The translations under genes were made by a program, and so were the position numbers. 64,000 nucleotides of DNA, from positions 27,714,001 to 27,778,000 of the forward strand of contig JBHGNT010000002.1 in assembly GCA_043228905.1 (NCBI GenBank). The letters are read 5' to 3'. Source of the DNA: Azolla caroliniana. Taxonomy: Eukaryota; Plantae; Polypodiophyta. Below, piece by piece: positions 1-12,247 of the stretch (positions are counted from its first letter, which is position 1; each line of letters begins with the position of its first letter). Under the pieces are notes generated by a model, which saw nothing but the letters and a program-made list of their open reading frames with translations, searched no databases and was not told where the DNA came from.

Positions 1-200
1 CAAGTGTTTTTTTATGATATCTCAAGTTTAAATGTAGCTTTCTCATGTGAAGAATCAAGATAGAACATCAAGAAGTTTGGGCCGAAGTATCATACTTCTC
101 AAAAACTTTTGTAGAAGAACAATTCTTTTCTGATACCTCGAGTTTTCATGAAGCCTTCTCATGAGAAGAAACAGCATCTAAATTTGAAGAAAAAACGTAC

Positions 201-790
201 CTTTGGAAAGCTTTTATAGAGGACGACTGCTTTTCCAGCCTCTCCCATGGAACCTCTTCAGCAAGCTCAGCAGCTATGGAGACGTGTGAAACATCAGATA
301 AAACACGTTCTTGAGTGAAATCTCTAGTTTCTTCATCATAGTCGTCCACAACAACATCACCACAAGCTCTCAGAGCCGTCGAAGAAATCTTGTTCCATAG
401 AATCTCTTCGTTAGGATCTAAGGCAGTGGCTATGGCGACATGAGAAGCATCAGAACAACCATTTACTGCAGCGAAATCCCTGTATGTTCCTTCAACATCA
501 TCATCATCATCATCATCATCAATGACGTCGTCCTCGTCATCATCGAAGGCTAAATCAATGGATATGTCTGGATCCCTCGGGCGTTTCTGCAAATTCCGAG
601 GAGAGTTGTGGGAAGTGAGGATCAGGGGCCGTCCAGCTCGGAAAAGGGGTCGACGGTCGAGCTCTGAGCAGATAGAGAAAGAATTGCAGGGCCTTATCCT
701 CGAAGAAGAAGAAGAAGAAGAAGAAGAAGAAGAAGAAGGAAGAGGAGAAGGAGGAGGAAGCGAAGGTTGCCATGAAAGCCGAGAAAGCAT
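201..790 (-). CDS. First coding exon of a partial gene running off the left edge; probably plastid-targeted, possibly a CRM-domain (CRS1/CFM-type) RNA splicing factor
   Basis: ATG at 790 opens a Ser/Pro/Arg-rich transit-peptide-like N-terminus (MLSRLSWQPSLPPPSPLPSSSS...), then an acidic tract and EEVPWER. A GT donor (AAG|GTACG) lies at 200. The family guess rests only on the PWER motif and overall layout. Confidence 0.55.
495..760. repeat. (TCA)n and (GAA)n microsatellites encoding poly-Asp and poly-Ser
   Basis: Visible at ~495-545 and ~702-740 inside the coding exon. Confidence 0.9.
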
Positions 791-888
791 GGCCACGGAA
801 GAAAGAAAGAAAGAAAGAAAAGCGCTGCCTGACTGCCTTTGTCTTCCTTGCATTAGTGTTAGTTGTTATTCCATACATACATACTCAT

Positions 889-3778
889 TAGCAATGGGCC
901 CGTTTTTAGCCCGAACCGAACCGTTATATCATGGCTTAACGGTTTATAGGTTCGAAGATAAATAAACAGTTTGGTTTGGTTTCAAATGTTACTAATCGGT
1001 TCGGTTTTGAATTTCATGCTTTATCGATATCAGTTTATGTGGTGCGGTTTAACAATTTATAGGTTAAAAAATACTCCTAAATTTTACTCATACATACCAT
1101 GCCATACATAGAATGTTATGGTGAGATTTGGGGTTTTGGGTTTAGATAAGGAGATAAATACATACGTACCATACATATAGAGTGCAAGTGAGAGGGTATT
1201 CGATGTGTCTAACTACTACCAAATATTAAAGAGCACAAGTGAGGGAATTGTGGGCGTAGACGGCACATGCGATCTGCATCGTCCAATGTGGATAATAATA
1301 ATAAAAGTGTGCACTCAAATTTTCACTTTAGGGGGAGGCCAAGGAGCCCGACCATTGAAATTGCAGGAGCTTGACAAGCCCAGCTCACATGACGTAGGAG
1401 CCCGAGGAGCCCGACTCTAACTCGTATATATAATTTGTGGTCCAAGAACTAGACATTTTCTTGAGTTGTTTCAATGGCTATTTGGATGAAGAAGTATTGG
1501 CAACTAGACGTCCCCAAAATCTAATTTATAGGCGGAAGCTTCAAACTTCTTGTCAATTTTGATGTGGAGCCAAATTTCTCTTGATTAAGCTCTTTTTCAT
1601 TAGTTATTTCAGGAGGAAATTTTTGATCTTTCAAGATGCTTAGGTTGGATGTGTGATTATTAACATTGAGGTGTTGAGCACATTGGTCAATTGTAAAGAT
1701 GTAAATTCTTTTATTCACAATATTGAGTGTCCCTCTGGTTGAGGATGGGCTTGTATATTAATAACTCTTACAATTTGTTATTTAACATAATACCATGTAG
1801 CAATTTGTTTTACAAATCAATCATATTTTGTTGTCAATGTTTTCATTTTAATATGACGGCGAATCAATATTATCCAGATGACATGTCGATTTGTTCAACA
1901 TCATCATTCGTAGGTGAAGAGATACATGATCTAATGCCATTCTTATTTACCTTCTCTCATAGGATCATATTAGAAACTTTCTTGAACGTTTCCACCTATT
2001 TAGGGCAGCTTGTCTTGCTACAACATTTTAAAGATTGTCAATTCCAAGCACAATATCATAGTCTTCAAGTTTGTATTGGTGTTTTTATCATGTGGAATAT
2101 GTATAACTTATAACACTTAGGAACTAGTGGTAAGTTATAACTATATTTGCTTCCTCGGAATTGCAAATCTTTGGCTATAGTAACATGTCATCAGGAGACC
2201 ATTCTTTGACCTGTATTTCCACAAATCAATTAGTGTTTACTTCCAATATTGTTTTCAGCTACAAAATCGCTTTCCACGCAAAGTCATGGATATGTGTATT
2301 CAAGCTATTTTGAACTATACAAGCATTAAATAAATAACTCTTTTGAATTTCTATAAATACATGTTTGGTTGTATCATGTTGCCAAAATAGTTCAAGAGCA
2401 TTCCACCTAAAATTCTCGCATGCATTCTTGGTTAAGAAATCAATGATAGAAAATTTGATTGCACTATCGTAGCAATCCATGTATAGGGCACTTTACAAAT
2501 TTCCAATACATCAACTTTTCATCTTTTCAAGTTCTCAACTTGCTTTATATTTGGCGGGAATATTGCACATTAGAGGATGCCTAAGTTGGAGAACAATCTT
2601 ATTTGGAATGTCATGACTCATAAGTAAATTATGAAAAGAAGCATTTTAGGAGTTAATGAAAAACAAATGTTCAATCTGGAAACTAAAGCAAAAAGTTTGT
2701 GTGTGTGTATGTTCCATCACTTGTCTGCCACTCAGAATGTACTAGCAAGGCGAGGGAAGCGCTTGTCTCACACATTTCCCATGGACTCTTTTTCAACAAC
2801 AACCTCTATACTCTGTTTGGCTTCCTTCGATTTTTGTTTGCATGTGCATTACACTCTCCCTTGTTTGTGCTTACATCGCCTTAGGTTTGTTTGCCACTTT
2901 GGACAAGAGAACGAAGTTCGCGTCTCTCCCTCACAAATCCATCTTTCCTAGGGTTGTATTGTCGTTGTTCCCCTAGTTTTTTGTGTAACTCATACTCATG
3001 CCATTCACCCACAAATCCATCTTTTTCACTTGATGCATCATTGAATGAGATGACTTACTATAAACAATGATATTGTTTATAATAAGCACCCACTCTTAAT
3101 GGATATACTCTTAAACATGAATCAATTAAATGTATTAGAGTCGTGCTCCATGTAGTTTTTTTTCATACTAAATCGATGGTACATTTATTTGAACACATGT
3201 AACTTATATCTAGCATATGGATTCTTTTCCATTGGCTCATGGTTAGAAGTTATACTCTGTTTTGAGACTTCATTTTTAAGAGGACATGATTCAACTTTGC
3301 AAGATCATTGCCAGTGCCTTGGTACAAACAATAACAACTTGAAGTAGTTGGGCAATGGTAACAATTAGCAATGGTTTGATTCAAGTTCAAGTTTTTTCAA
3401 ACGGTTTGGTTTGGTTTCAACAAATAGAAATCACGGTTAATGGTTTAATGGTATTTTTTTAAATTAATTAATTTTGTATTACTTAAAAAAAAAAAAACAA
3501 TATTTTCATTTAAAAGCCTTGTTCTCACACTTTATGAAAATCTTTAAAATTTTGAAAAATTAAAGTTTAAAATAATGAAATTTTCAAATTTTTAAATTTG
3601 AATTTTGATCTAAGTTGAAAACCGAAACCAAACCACGAAACCGCGGTTTTTACGATTTTGATTTTTTTAAACGGTTCAATTTTTTGTGGTTAAGTTCGGT
3701 TTAGTTCAAGTTTCAAAATTTTTAAACGGTTTGGATTTGACACTCTCAAACCGAACCAAATTGTTGTCGATTGTTAGG
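889..3778. mobile_element. Probable degenerate DNA transposon relic(s) with AACCG/GGTTT subterminal repeats
   Basis: Clusters of aaccg/cggtt/ggttt motifs at ~910-1050 and ~3370-3760. TAGCAATGG at 889 and 3366 loosely matches the reverse complement TAACAATCG near 3770. No TSD or recognisable transposase found. Confidence 0.35.
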
Positions 3779-4077
3779 CCATGGATATATTTCTATTTAC
3801 AATATAAATATTTCAAAAGTAACTAGATATATTGTTAGGATGGTGTATCGAGTGGGAAATGTTGTTAAATTATGACATTCCAAGTGAGAGTTACTAGCAT
3901 GTGGTTCGCAAAAATTTGTATGAAACAAACTCAATCTAGATTAATGGGTTAGAAGAAGAAGATGGACATATGGCCAACTCAACAAATCATTGCTAGCAAT
4001 ACGATATTGGTTGGTTTGAATTGTGTTGACTATGTGCATTTGGGCCTTGAAGAATGGATGGTTGTGAATATATAGAT

Positions 4078-4711
4078 CATAGATTGACACATGCGTGATA
4101 TTCGTGATATTCTCCATGCGCAACATTCTTAATATTCGAGAATACAAAATGGCCCCAAGAATATTAAAAAACCATTCGTTTTGTAAAATAAATATAAAAA
4201 TTTATTTATTTATTTAAATAAATGTATTTCAACAAAAAAAACAATTATTCATTAATAGATTATAGTGTCAAGAGAGTTTATGAAACTTATTTTAATTAAC
4301 TAAATTTTTTTAAACGAATATTTTTATATTTATTATACAAATATGATTAGTATGAACTTTGAAGATATGATTAGTTTGAAGTACCATTTTTAATGTCAAG
4401 ATAAAAATATCCATAAATTTTGAGGAAATAAAAAGTGAGAAATTAATGAGCCTTTATTTTATTTTATTTATTTATTAAAAATAAAACGACTACACGTTTA
4501 TTATAAAAATTTAGTAGTGTCAAGTCCCCAAAGTCCCTCTTTTATTATCCCTATTTATTGTTAAGTTCCTTTTTTCTATCTTAGGGATTTTTTTTTAAAA
4601 AAGTTTTTTTTTTGGGGGGGGAGGTAAAACGAATACTTGACTACCCATTCGTATTCGTATTCGTTTTCATTCGAATGGGAAACCCCACGAATGCGAATAT
4701 GTCAATCTATG
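4078..4711. mobile_element. Non-autonomous hAT element (MITE), 634 bp
   Basis: Perfect 12-bp TIR CATAGATTGACA (4078-4089) / TGTCAATCTATG (4700-4711). Perfect 8-bp TSD ATATAGAT at 4070-4077 and 4712-4719. Subterminal ATTCG/CGAAT repeats. Confidence 0.92.
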
Positions 4712-6146
4712 ATATAGATTATAATGCATAAGAAATACAACTCTTCCATATAGCTAGCATGTAGGTGAATCGCACAATTTGGATGATTATATTATTTGAT
4801 CGATGGATTGTTATTGTTAGCAATTTGATATCATGAATAAATGATCAAAAGCGTGTGTTGTCTAACATGAGATGATATTACTTGTAAGGTAATTGTGATG
4901 AAAGATGGAATTAAAGATGAGTTGATGTGATTTCCCATTTGATTAATAATAAGCCATGTAAAAATACTTTGTAAAATATCGTCCTTCAAGAATGATGTAC
5001 CCTACTCACCTCTTGCCTTGCATTAATCAATTTCCATGGTTGTTTTTCTCCTTTCCTAGAAAATTGTAATGATGTTTTTAAAGGAATGTGCTGACTCACA
5101 TAAGCAAGCAAGCTTGAATTAACCCCATGCAAATGTTATTAATAATTCAATGCAATTAAGTGCATCATTCAAAATAGTATACCAATTAGGTGTGGAGATA
5201 TTTCAGGGATCAAAAACATGTTTTGGGTATGGTTGTTCCTATATTAGTCATTCCATGATAATTAGTGTAAAATTAAACATTCATACATACATATGTCAAG
5301 AGTTGTTATTAATGATAGAGTCGACGTTGTTGGACAATGAAGATCTAGTTAAATTAGTTTATTGCTCCTCTTCTACTTTTAAACAAAACAAAATAAAATT
5401 CTCCTTTAACTAAACCTAGGGAAAATACAATCATGCCTTACTCGTTAATTACTAATGTATAAACTTTATGCTTGCATTCAAATAATCATTTGAAAAGTAC
5501 CCCAAACATCCGTGAAGTAATGCCCCTTAAGTATATGGCATAGCCCCTTCACTCTTACAATTCAATATGTTATTGTGCTAGAAGTGAAATGAATAAAACT
5601 TCACACACACCTCCTAGTCCCAAACAATCAAAACAAATATATTTATGATTGCACAATGTGAACAAGTTGCATTTGGTATTGTGTGTGAAATACGTTCCAC
5701 ATCAACATTGATTATATTTGAAACTTTATTAGTTATAAATTCATAAAGTACCTTGCCAATTGTCTTAAATGTAGGTGTATCAACATGTTGGCCTAGTGTG
5801 CCAAAAGCACGTGCTTTGCAACCTCAAGGTCATGCGAAGTAATGAATCTGATATTTAGTTCATAATAAAAAGGTCTTCATGTTTGTTGCATCATATAATA
5901 TTCATGCTTGTCGCATTGAGAGCAAGACCTCTACAATAATGTAATGTCAAATGTCTTTATGTATGTGATGCCGAATACTTCCCATTTCTTTGGTCACTGT
6001 ACATTGATCATGGTATACCCTCACAAATAATCATTGAATGGTTGTTATTTCATGATGCATGACACATGTCTATGTTTTCCTTTGACAACGAACCGAGGTA
6101 ACTATTTTGTTATTTCAGTATCAATTACAGAATCAAAACATTATCA

Positions 6147-7030
6147 AGAACCTTACTCATGTCTAAGAATATTCCAACTCTTGCAGCTCAAAAGCACTGG
6201 AATAAGTGGGGTGTATCAAGCAGTCATTTGAAGGCTTATTGGAAATGGATTTGGTCTTTTAGGGGACCAACAAAATACACTCTATTCATATCATATGGCT
6301 TTTGCTACATGCAACACTACCGATAGGTCAATCTTTGAAAGGAAATGTGGCACCCGTTCTTAGACAGTGTAGTTATTGTGGTGACTTGCAGGAAACTACC
6401 AAGCATGCTCTCTGGTCCTATTCACTAGCTCAACAGGTTTGGAATAAAGTTCTTTCCTTATTCCTGACAATTAGTGTAGGTTGCCTATTCTCATGGGGAT
6501 TAGCGGTATGGGGGGTTCTCCATTCCAGTCTATTATTGTATGAGGCAGGTGATGCTCTAGAGGCTAAGACTGTCATCAACAGGCATCTAATATCTGTCTC
6601 GCCTTTTCAGCAGCCTCGAAAGCAAATGCGTGCAGCCCAAGTATGGAAAACAATATCCACAATTACATTATGGACCTTATGGAAGTATCGATGTAAAAGA
6701 TGATTCCATAGTACCCCTTCTCTCAATTATATTGCTATAATTATGGGACAACTTATTGGTAGTAGTGCGTGGGCAGTATGACAATATGTCGGGCCCTTCG
6801 GAGGTTGTTCTTAAGAAAAGGAAAAGATTACTACAATTATGGAGGAAGTTGCCTCTATTCACGATCTCCTCTCAAGGACCAATCTGGAAGTATCATCATC
6901 CCTGGCCCTTCCCCTGATTATCCTTTTTGTATATAATACTCTCTAAATTGTACAGTTTGTAGCCTTATGGCGTTTTTTCTTAATACTAATGAAGGAAATC
7001 TTTTTGGAAAAAAAAAAAAAAAAAACTAAA
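6147..7030 (+). mobile_element. 5'-truncated L1-type LINE (zf-RVT C-terminus plus poly-A)
   Basis: Translates to LLHATLPIG...CSYCGDLQETTKHALWS...AQQVW...TLWTLWKYRC (L1 ORF2 C-terminal zinc region). Poly-A at ~7008-7025. TSD AATCAAAACATTATCA (6131-6146) / AACCAAAACATTATCA (7031-7046), one mismatch. Confidence 0.9.
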
Positions 7031-8309
7031 AACCAAAACATTATCATCATTAAAGTATGGGCTATAGTTCTAACTTTTGATGATTAAAAGTCAAATGTTT
7101 CAAGAAGACATACATTGGAAATTTTACCATAATTAGTGGCATCGAGTCTCCTAATGCTACGACCCACATCCTTAGTCGTATGATACATATTTACGTAACC
7201 TCGACACAAAACGTTAAAATATTCCATGTATTTCCTTGTGGGCCAATCACTCCATGTAACCATTTCCCGGTGAATGGTAGAACAAAGGGTTGTTTTATTT
7301 GAAAATCCGATAAATTTTTTATATGTAGTTCATGAGGTACTATGAGATCTATCGAGTTATCCTCCTCCACCTTATTGCTTTCACATGCTTGCTTATAGGA
7401 AAGATTAAATCAGCTCCCACTTTGTCTAACCATTTTAGCACTTAAGAAACTTAACCAGACTGACATATTGTCTTAAAAGTATCATGAAATCAAATATTCC
7501 ATTTCGGGTGCATCTTTCTTTTGAGGATTCATTATGCTCTATATATAAAGACATATACTTTTTCTCAATTTACATGGACCCTTGTTCTTATTTGATAAAG
7601 TTTTAACTTCACTTCAAACTTTTTTGAGTTGGCACGGGCAACTCATGGCATATCAAAATTCTCTTTACAAAAATCATTGACAGCTTGCAATTATTCCTTA
7701 TGTAATGGTACTGCAATGGACACTAAACCTTGTAGCATTATGCTTCAGATTATTATTTGGGTTTATCTTTAAACTCGTTTCACAAGCCACAATGTGCACT
7801 CCTACTTTTGCACCAAGAACCATGTTGTATTTGCCTTGCTAGTAAAGTAGGTGAGAAACAAACTCTTGAAGATACTAACATTTCATTATTGTCAAATCGT
7901 GTTAATGGTTTAACTAGTTAATATTATCACGTTGAAGGGTGTATTGAACAATTAATATTGCCAATTTCAAATCACACTAACAATATTAACTACGTACTTG
8001 CTTAGATTGACATTTGTATATATTCAAAAGAAAAAGGGAAACATAAGTTCCCACTTTACATTGAGAATTTTCTTTACACCTCAGAATTGCCAAAAACTAC
8101 ACAACATAATGCCATTGCATTGTCAACATTTGAAAATTGACAAAAACACTCAAATACAACACTTTTATGCACAAGATAATCAACATGAGACTAAATTGGA
8201 CTACATGCCATTGTAGTGCCAACGAAATGCTTTCAATGATATATTTTTTATATGAGACCATTACATGTAAAATATGAACATCAAGAGGAATATTGAATAT
8301 CATATGAAT

Positions 8310-8900
8310 CAGCTATAGGAGTGGCCCAAGGATGCCCATTAGTGTACACCCTATTTGGAAATTATGTAGATGAGCTCTTACACACATGGGTGGAAAAGTG
8401 GATGGATCTATTCTAATGAGAGAGATGACCGATTTCTATAATGCCTATTGTCAGTGATGTTGTGACTCATTTTTCACCTTTTAGAAAAGCTCCAAAAGCA
8501 CTTAAGAGTTCTTGGTGTTTATTGCAAAAATAGAGTTCTTGTGATGAATAATGGGAAAAACTAAAGTCATTGTGCAGAAGACCTCAATAGCCTTGGACAG
8601 AAAAGCACGATGAGACGTGTTTGACATTATGTCTCTTTTGAAATTATGCTCAAACGACCAAAGTTCTGTAGTCAAGTGATGTTAAAATCTTGGTTGACAC
8701 AAGCATATCCGGTTTTGGGGGTACTCAAGCATACTATGCACAAATTTGTGGGTTGCAAACTAGATTGTGGCTTTTTACACCATTGTCATGCCCACACTTG
8801 TATATAGGTAAAAAACGTGGAAGCGACGACTCTACCATACTTATATATAACCAATCTTAGAAGGAAAGGATTTGTTTCATATTGTTCTATTTAGTTCAAT
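8310..8900 (+). mobile_element. Degenerate reverse-transcriptase fragment related to the RTEX-like LINE at 29.4-34.6 kb
   Basis: GVAQGCPLVYTLFGNYVDEL near 8318 matches GVKQGCPLSPTLFGLYIDEV of the intact copy. A WLF...LY..TW-like remnant lies near 8765-8820. Frameshifted. Confidence 0.7.
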
Positions 8901-10378
8901 TAGAGCATGTGAGGCGCATATGGGTTCAACTAAGGATGCTACTTTAGATAGGATTGTCGAACTCGAGGCTCACAAATGCCCAACCCTCTCCTTGAATGGT
9001 AAGCTTCATCATTGGGAAGCATCAAAAGCTTGTATCCAACTCACGCACGAAAGTACAATTGGCGCGAGGTAGGTCGCAATGTTTACATAACCAACATTAC
9101 GTTTTTATTGTATTATTGCAAACCCATTTTTAGGATCAAATTGTTAACGTGATATCTACGAACTAAGCAAATCTCAATGTATGCAAATGCTAAAGAATGC
9201 GAACCATACAGTTACCCCAAAATCGGGGTGGCCTTTTCACACGAGAGCTCTTACTCCTTAACACAAGTTTGAAAAGCACATTGCCACCTATTAATGGGTA
9301 GTTCTTTTTACATGAAAAGCACATTGCCACCTATTAATGGGTAGTTTCCCACGAATGACAATATGACTATGTTCCTTGTATAATTTTGGTCAACGACTAA
9401 TATTGTAGATTGGAAACATGAAGCCTCTTGGTGTTGTTAAAACGAAGGAATATGATATTATTTCCCTTAATAGTGGACATTAATAATCTACCTATCTATC
9501 TTGTTATTGCCAATAAAACTTCCAACCAGTGCATGGTTGAATTATAGAATAGAAAGGCATACTTTTAAAGACTAAACATTGGAAATCATTATATGATCTG
9601 ACTATAAAATAAAAGCATAATTTATTCTAAAACTGAAACTGTCCATATGTCTTGACTCCTAAGTCCTAACTTATGTTGAAGTTCATTGAATAAAATATGT
9701 TCACATGGGGTGTAGTAATGGTTAGGACATGACAATATGGAATATTTCGGGGGAAGATTACTAAAATATGCTCATATGTATATATATATATATGTATATA
9801 TATGTATATAAGAAAGCAATAAAGAGTGCTTGCTTTATTCCAAACGGATCAACAAAACTTTGGTGTAGAAATACCTACATTCATTGCCTTAACAAAGTAA
9901 TGGTTGGTGAATTGGTGCAATCTTGGATGATACGATAGGAACTACGAGTTGTGACTCCTAAATATAAATTTTTAAGATGATGTCTCCTGGTATTTAGAGA
10001 ATTCACTTAAACAACCTAATAATCAATATCAAGGATGGCTTGTTATCCAGGTTTTCCTAAAAATCTTGATGGACATAGCTCTTAGTGAAAACAATTAATT
10101 GTCAAATTGTGCGTATAATGAAAAGGCTGATTAGAAAATTTAGTGTCGAAATCTCTCAAATATGACACACTAAAATTATAATTAATAGCAAACTAAGCCT
10201 ATGATTTCAATTTGAGGACTCCAAAATGTGATCAGTAATCAAATATTGCAATTAAAAATTTTCAAATTGCAAATCAAAGTCAAAATTCACAACCTCATAT
10301 ATATAAACATGTGTACACAATAAACATATGTACATACATATATGCATTATAGAACATGCATATATATATATATATATA

Positions 10379-11336
10379 CAGGAACCATTCGGTTAAGTGC
10401 ATGCCCACCTAAGTGCACCATTCTATTAAGTGCGTTTTTTTTTATATAGGTCAAAATCTAGATAAAAAAATTTACATTGTTCATGATGAAATTACATCAA
10501 ACGAAATTAAAACTATGCTCCGAACATTCAAAAAACAATAAAAGAAAGGAGTTTTTAACAAAAAATAATAATTTAAAGAATTTGTTACTTGATGGTGGGT
10601 GGGGTCTCCTGGAAATGCACAAAGAGAAATGCAAGGAAAAAAGAACCAAATTTCAGAATCGGTCTCTCTAGTCGTAGCGTCTATGTGTGTGTGTGTGTTT
10701 ATGCGAGTCGGTAATTTTGATTCTCGTTAAAGAAAATAAACTTTCCTATTTAACCCAATTATCCACTTCCATTTCCGTATTCATTCATTCTTAATTTTAT
10801 TTATTTCTTTCTCTCCCTCCCTCACTTTCTTTCTTTCTCTCCATCTCTCCTCCCGCCGCCGCCGCCTTCGTTCATTCTTAATTTTCTCCTTCTTTCTTTC
10901 TCTCCCTCCCTCCCTCCTCCCTCTCTTTCTCTTTCTGTGCATCTCATTTATTTTCTTTCTGTTCCAGCTTATGCTTTCTCCGTTGCTCCTCCTCTCTCTT
11001 TTCCGGTCTCCTCCATCTCCATCTATACTACGATTCCTCAAACCTCCCGCCACAGGGAAGAGAATGCAAGGGAAAATCTCATCATATCCAAGGAAGTTCA
11101 TTCAGGAAAAGGCAAAAACTCAAGGTAATATGGAATCGGGAAAAAGTGATATCCAACAAGAGTATGCTGAAACCATAAGCATTTCAGGTCAATTATATCA
11201 CATTAATCGATCACTTTTCTAATGAAGGAAACATATGGTACGAACACAGAAGGGAATTTTTTCAAGAAACCCCCAAAAAAATTCAACTCCTAAATGCGCA
11301 ACTCGGTTAAGTGCGAACTTAACCGAATGGTTACTG
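10379..11336. mobile_element. Tc1/mariner (pogo-like) non-autonomous element, 958 bp, inserted in a (TA)n tract
   Basis: TIRs CAGGAACCATTCGGTTAAGTGC (left) and CAGTAACCATTCGGTTAAGTTC (right, reverse complement), 20/22 identical. TA flanks both ends. Subterminal TAAGTGC repeats. No transposase ORF. Confidence 0.88.
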
Positions 11337-11341
11337 TATAT

Positions 11342-11391
<50 letters not shown>

Positions 11392-11806
11392 GCATATTAG
11401 AGATATTGAGTTGCAAATCCTGCAAATTTACAATTTGGTGTAAAGAGCAAAAACGTGGGAAGACGAAGGGAAAAAAGTGAGGGGCATTGAATTGTCGTCG
11501 TTACATGGAAGGTTTACACGCAACACGTCAAAAGAAGCATGGTTTTAGGACATCACAAGTGTTCTCCCATTCCATCCCATTGGTGCAAGGTAGGCTAGCA
11601 AACAAACCTTGACATATATATTCATTTCACAACGGAAGCCCATGGGGCAGTTGTAATAAAGGGTCAACGAGATACTTAATGGAAGCCTGAGTCCAAGGAA
11701 GGGTAGGTAGAATGACGGAAACATGACCGAGACAAGTGTCCGCAGCCGATAGGTCAGGATGATGGAAACTCATTGGGTCGCCATCCCCAGTTTACTAAGA
11801 AGTCTT

Positions 11807-11807
<1 letters not shown>

Positions 11808-11849
<42 letters not shown>
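11808..11849. repeat. (AG)n microsatellite upstream of SMT1
   Basis: Directly visible GA run. Confidence 0.95.
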
Positions 11850-11853
<4 letters not shown>

Positions 11854-12247
11854 CAAGTAGCACCAACTTCAGCTTCAGCTTCCTTTGCTTTTTTTTGTAT
11901 GTAAAAGCACCAACTTCCTTTGCTTTTTAGACAGACATATTCACATACATACATATATGTATACGTATACATATACGTATACGTATACATACGAATAAAC
12001 GTATACCTTCTCATCAGGAAAGAGAGCAGACGAATATATGGAGGTGCAGAAGAACAGAGCTCTCTCTTTCTCTGTCTTTCTTTCTTTCTTTCTGGAGAAG
12101 AATGTGAAAACAAGAAAGACAGAGAAGGAAGAAGAAGAAACAGACAGACGCCTGTGAAGGACGAAGGAAGATCTACGAAGCAGAAGAAGCAGAAGCAGAA
12201 GCAGAAGAAGCAGAAGAAGCAGAAGGAAGCAGTAAGGAGAAGGAAAG

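Noticed and set aside
522-965. Plus-strand 147-aa ORF with poly-Glu
   Set aside because: Antisense shadow of the microsatellite-rich minus-strand exon; no recognisable domain.
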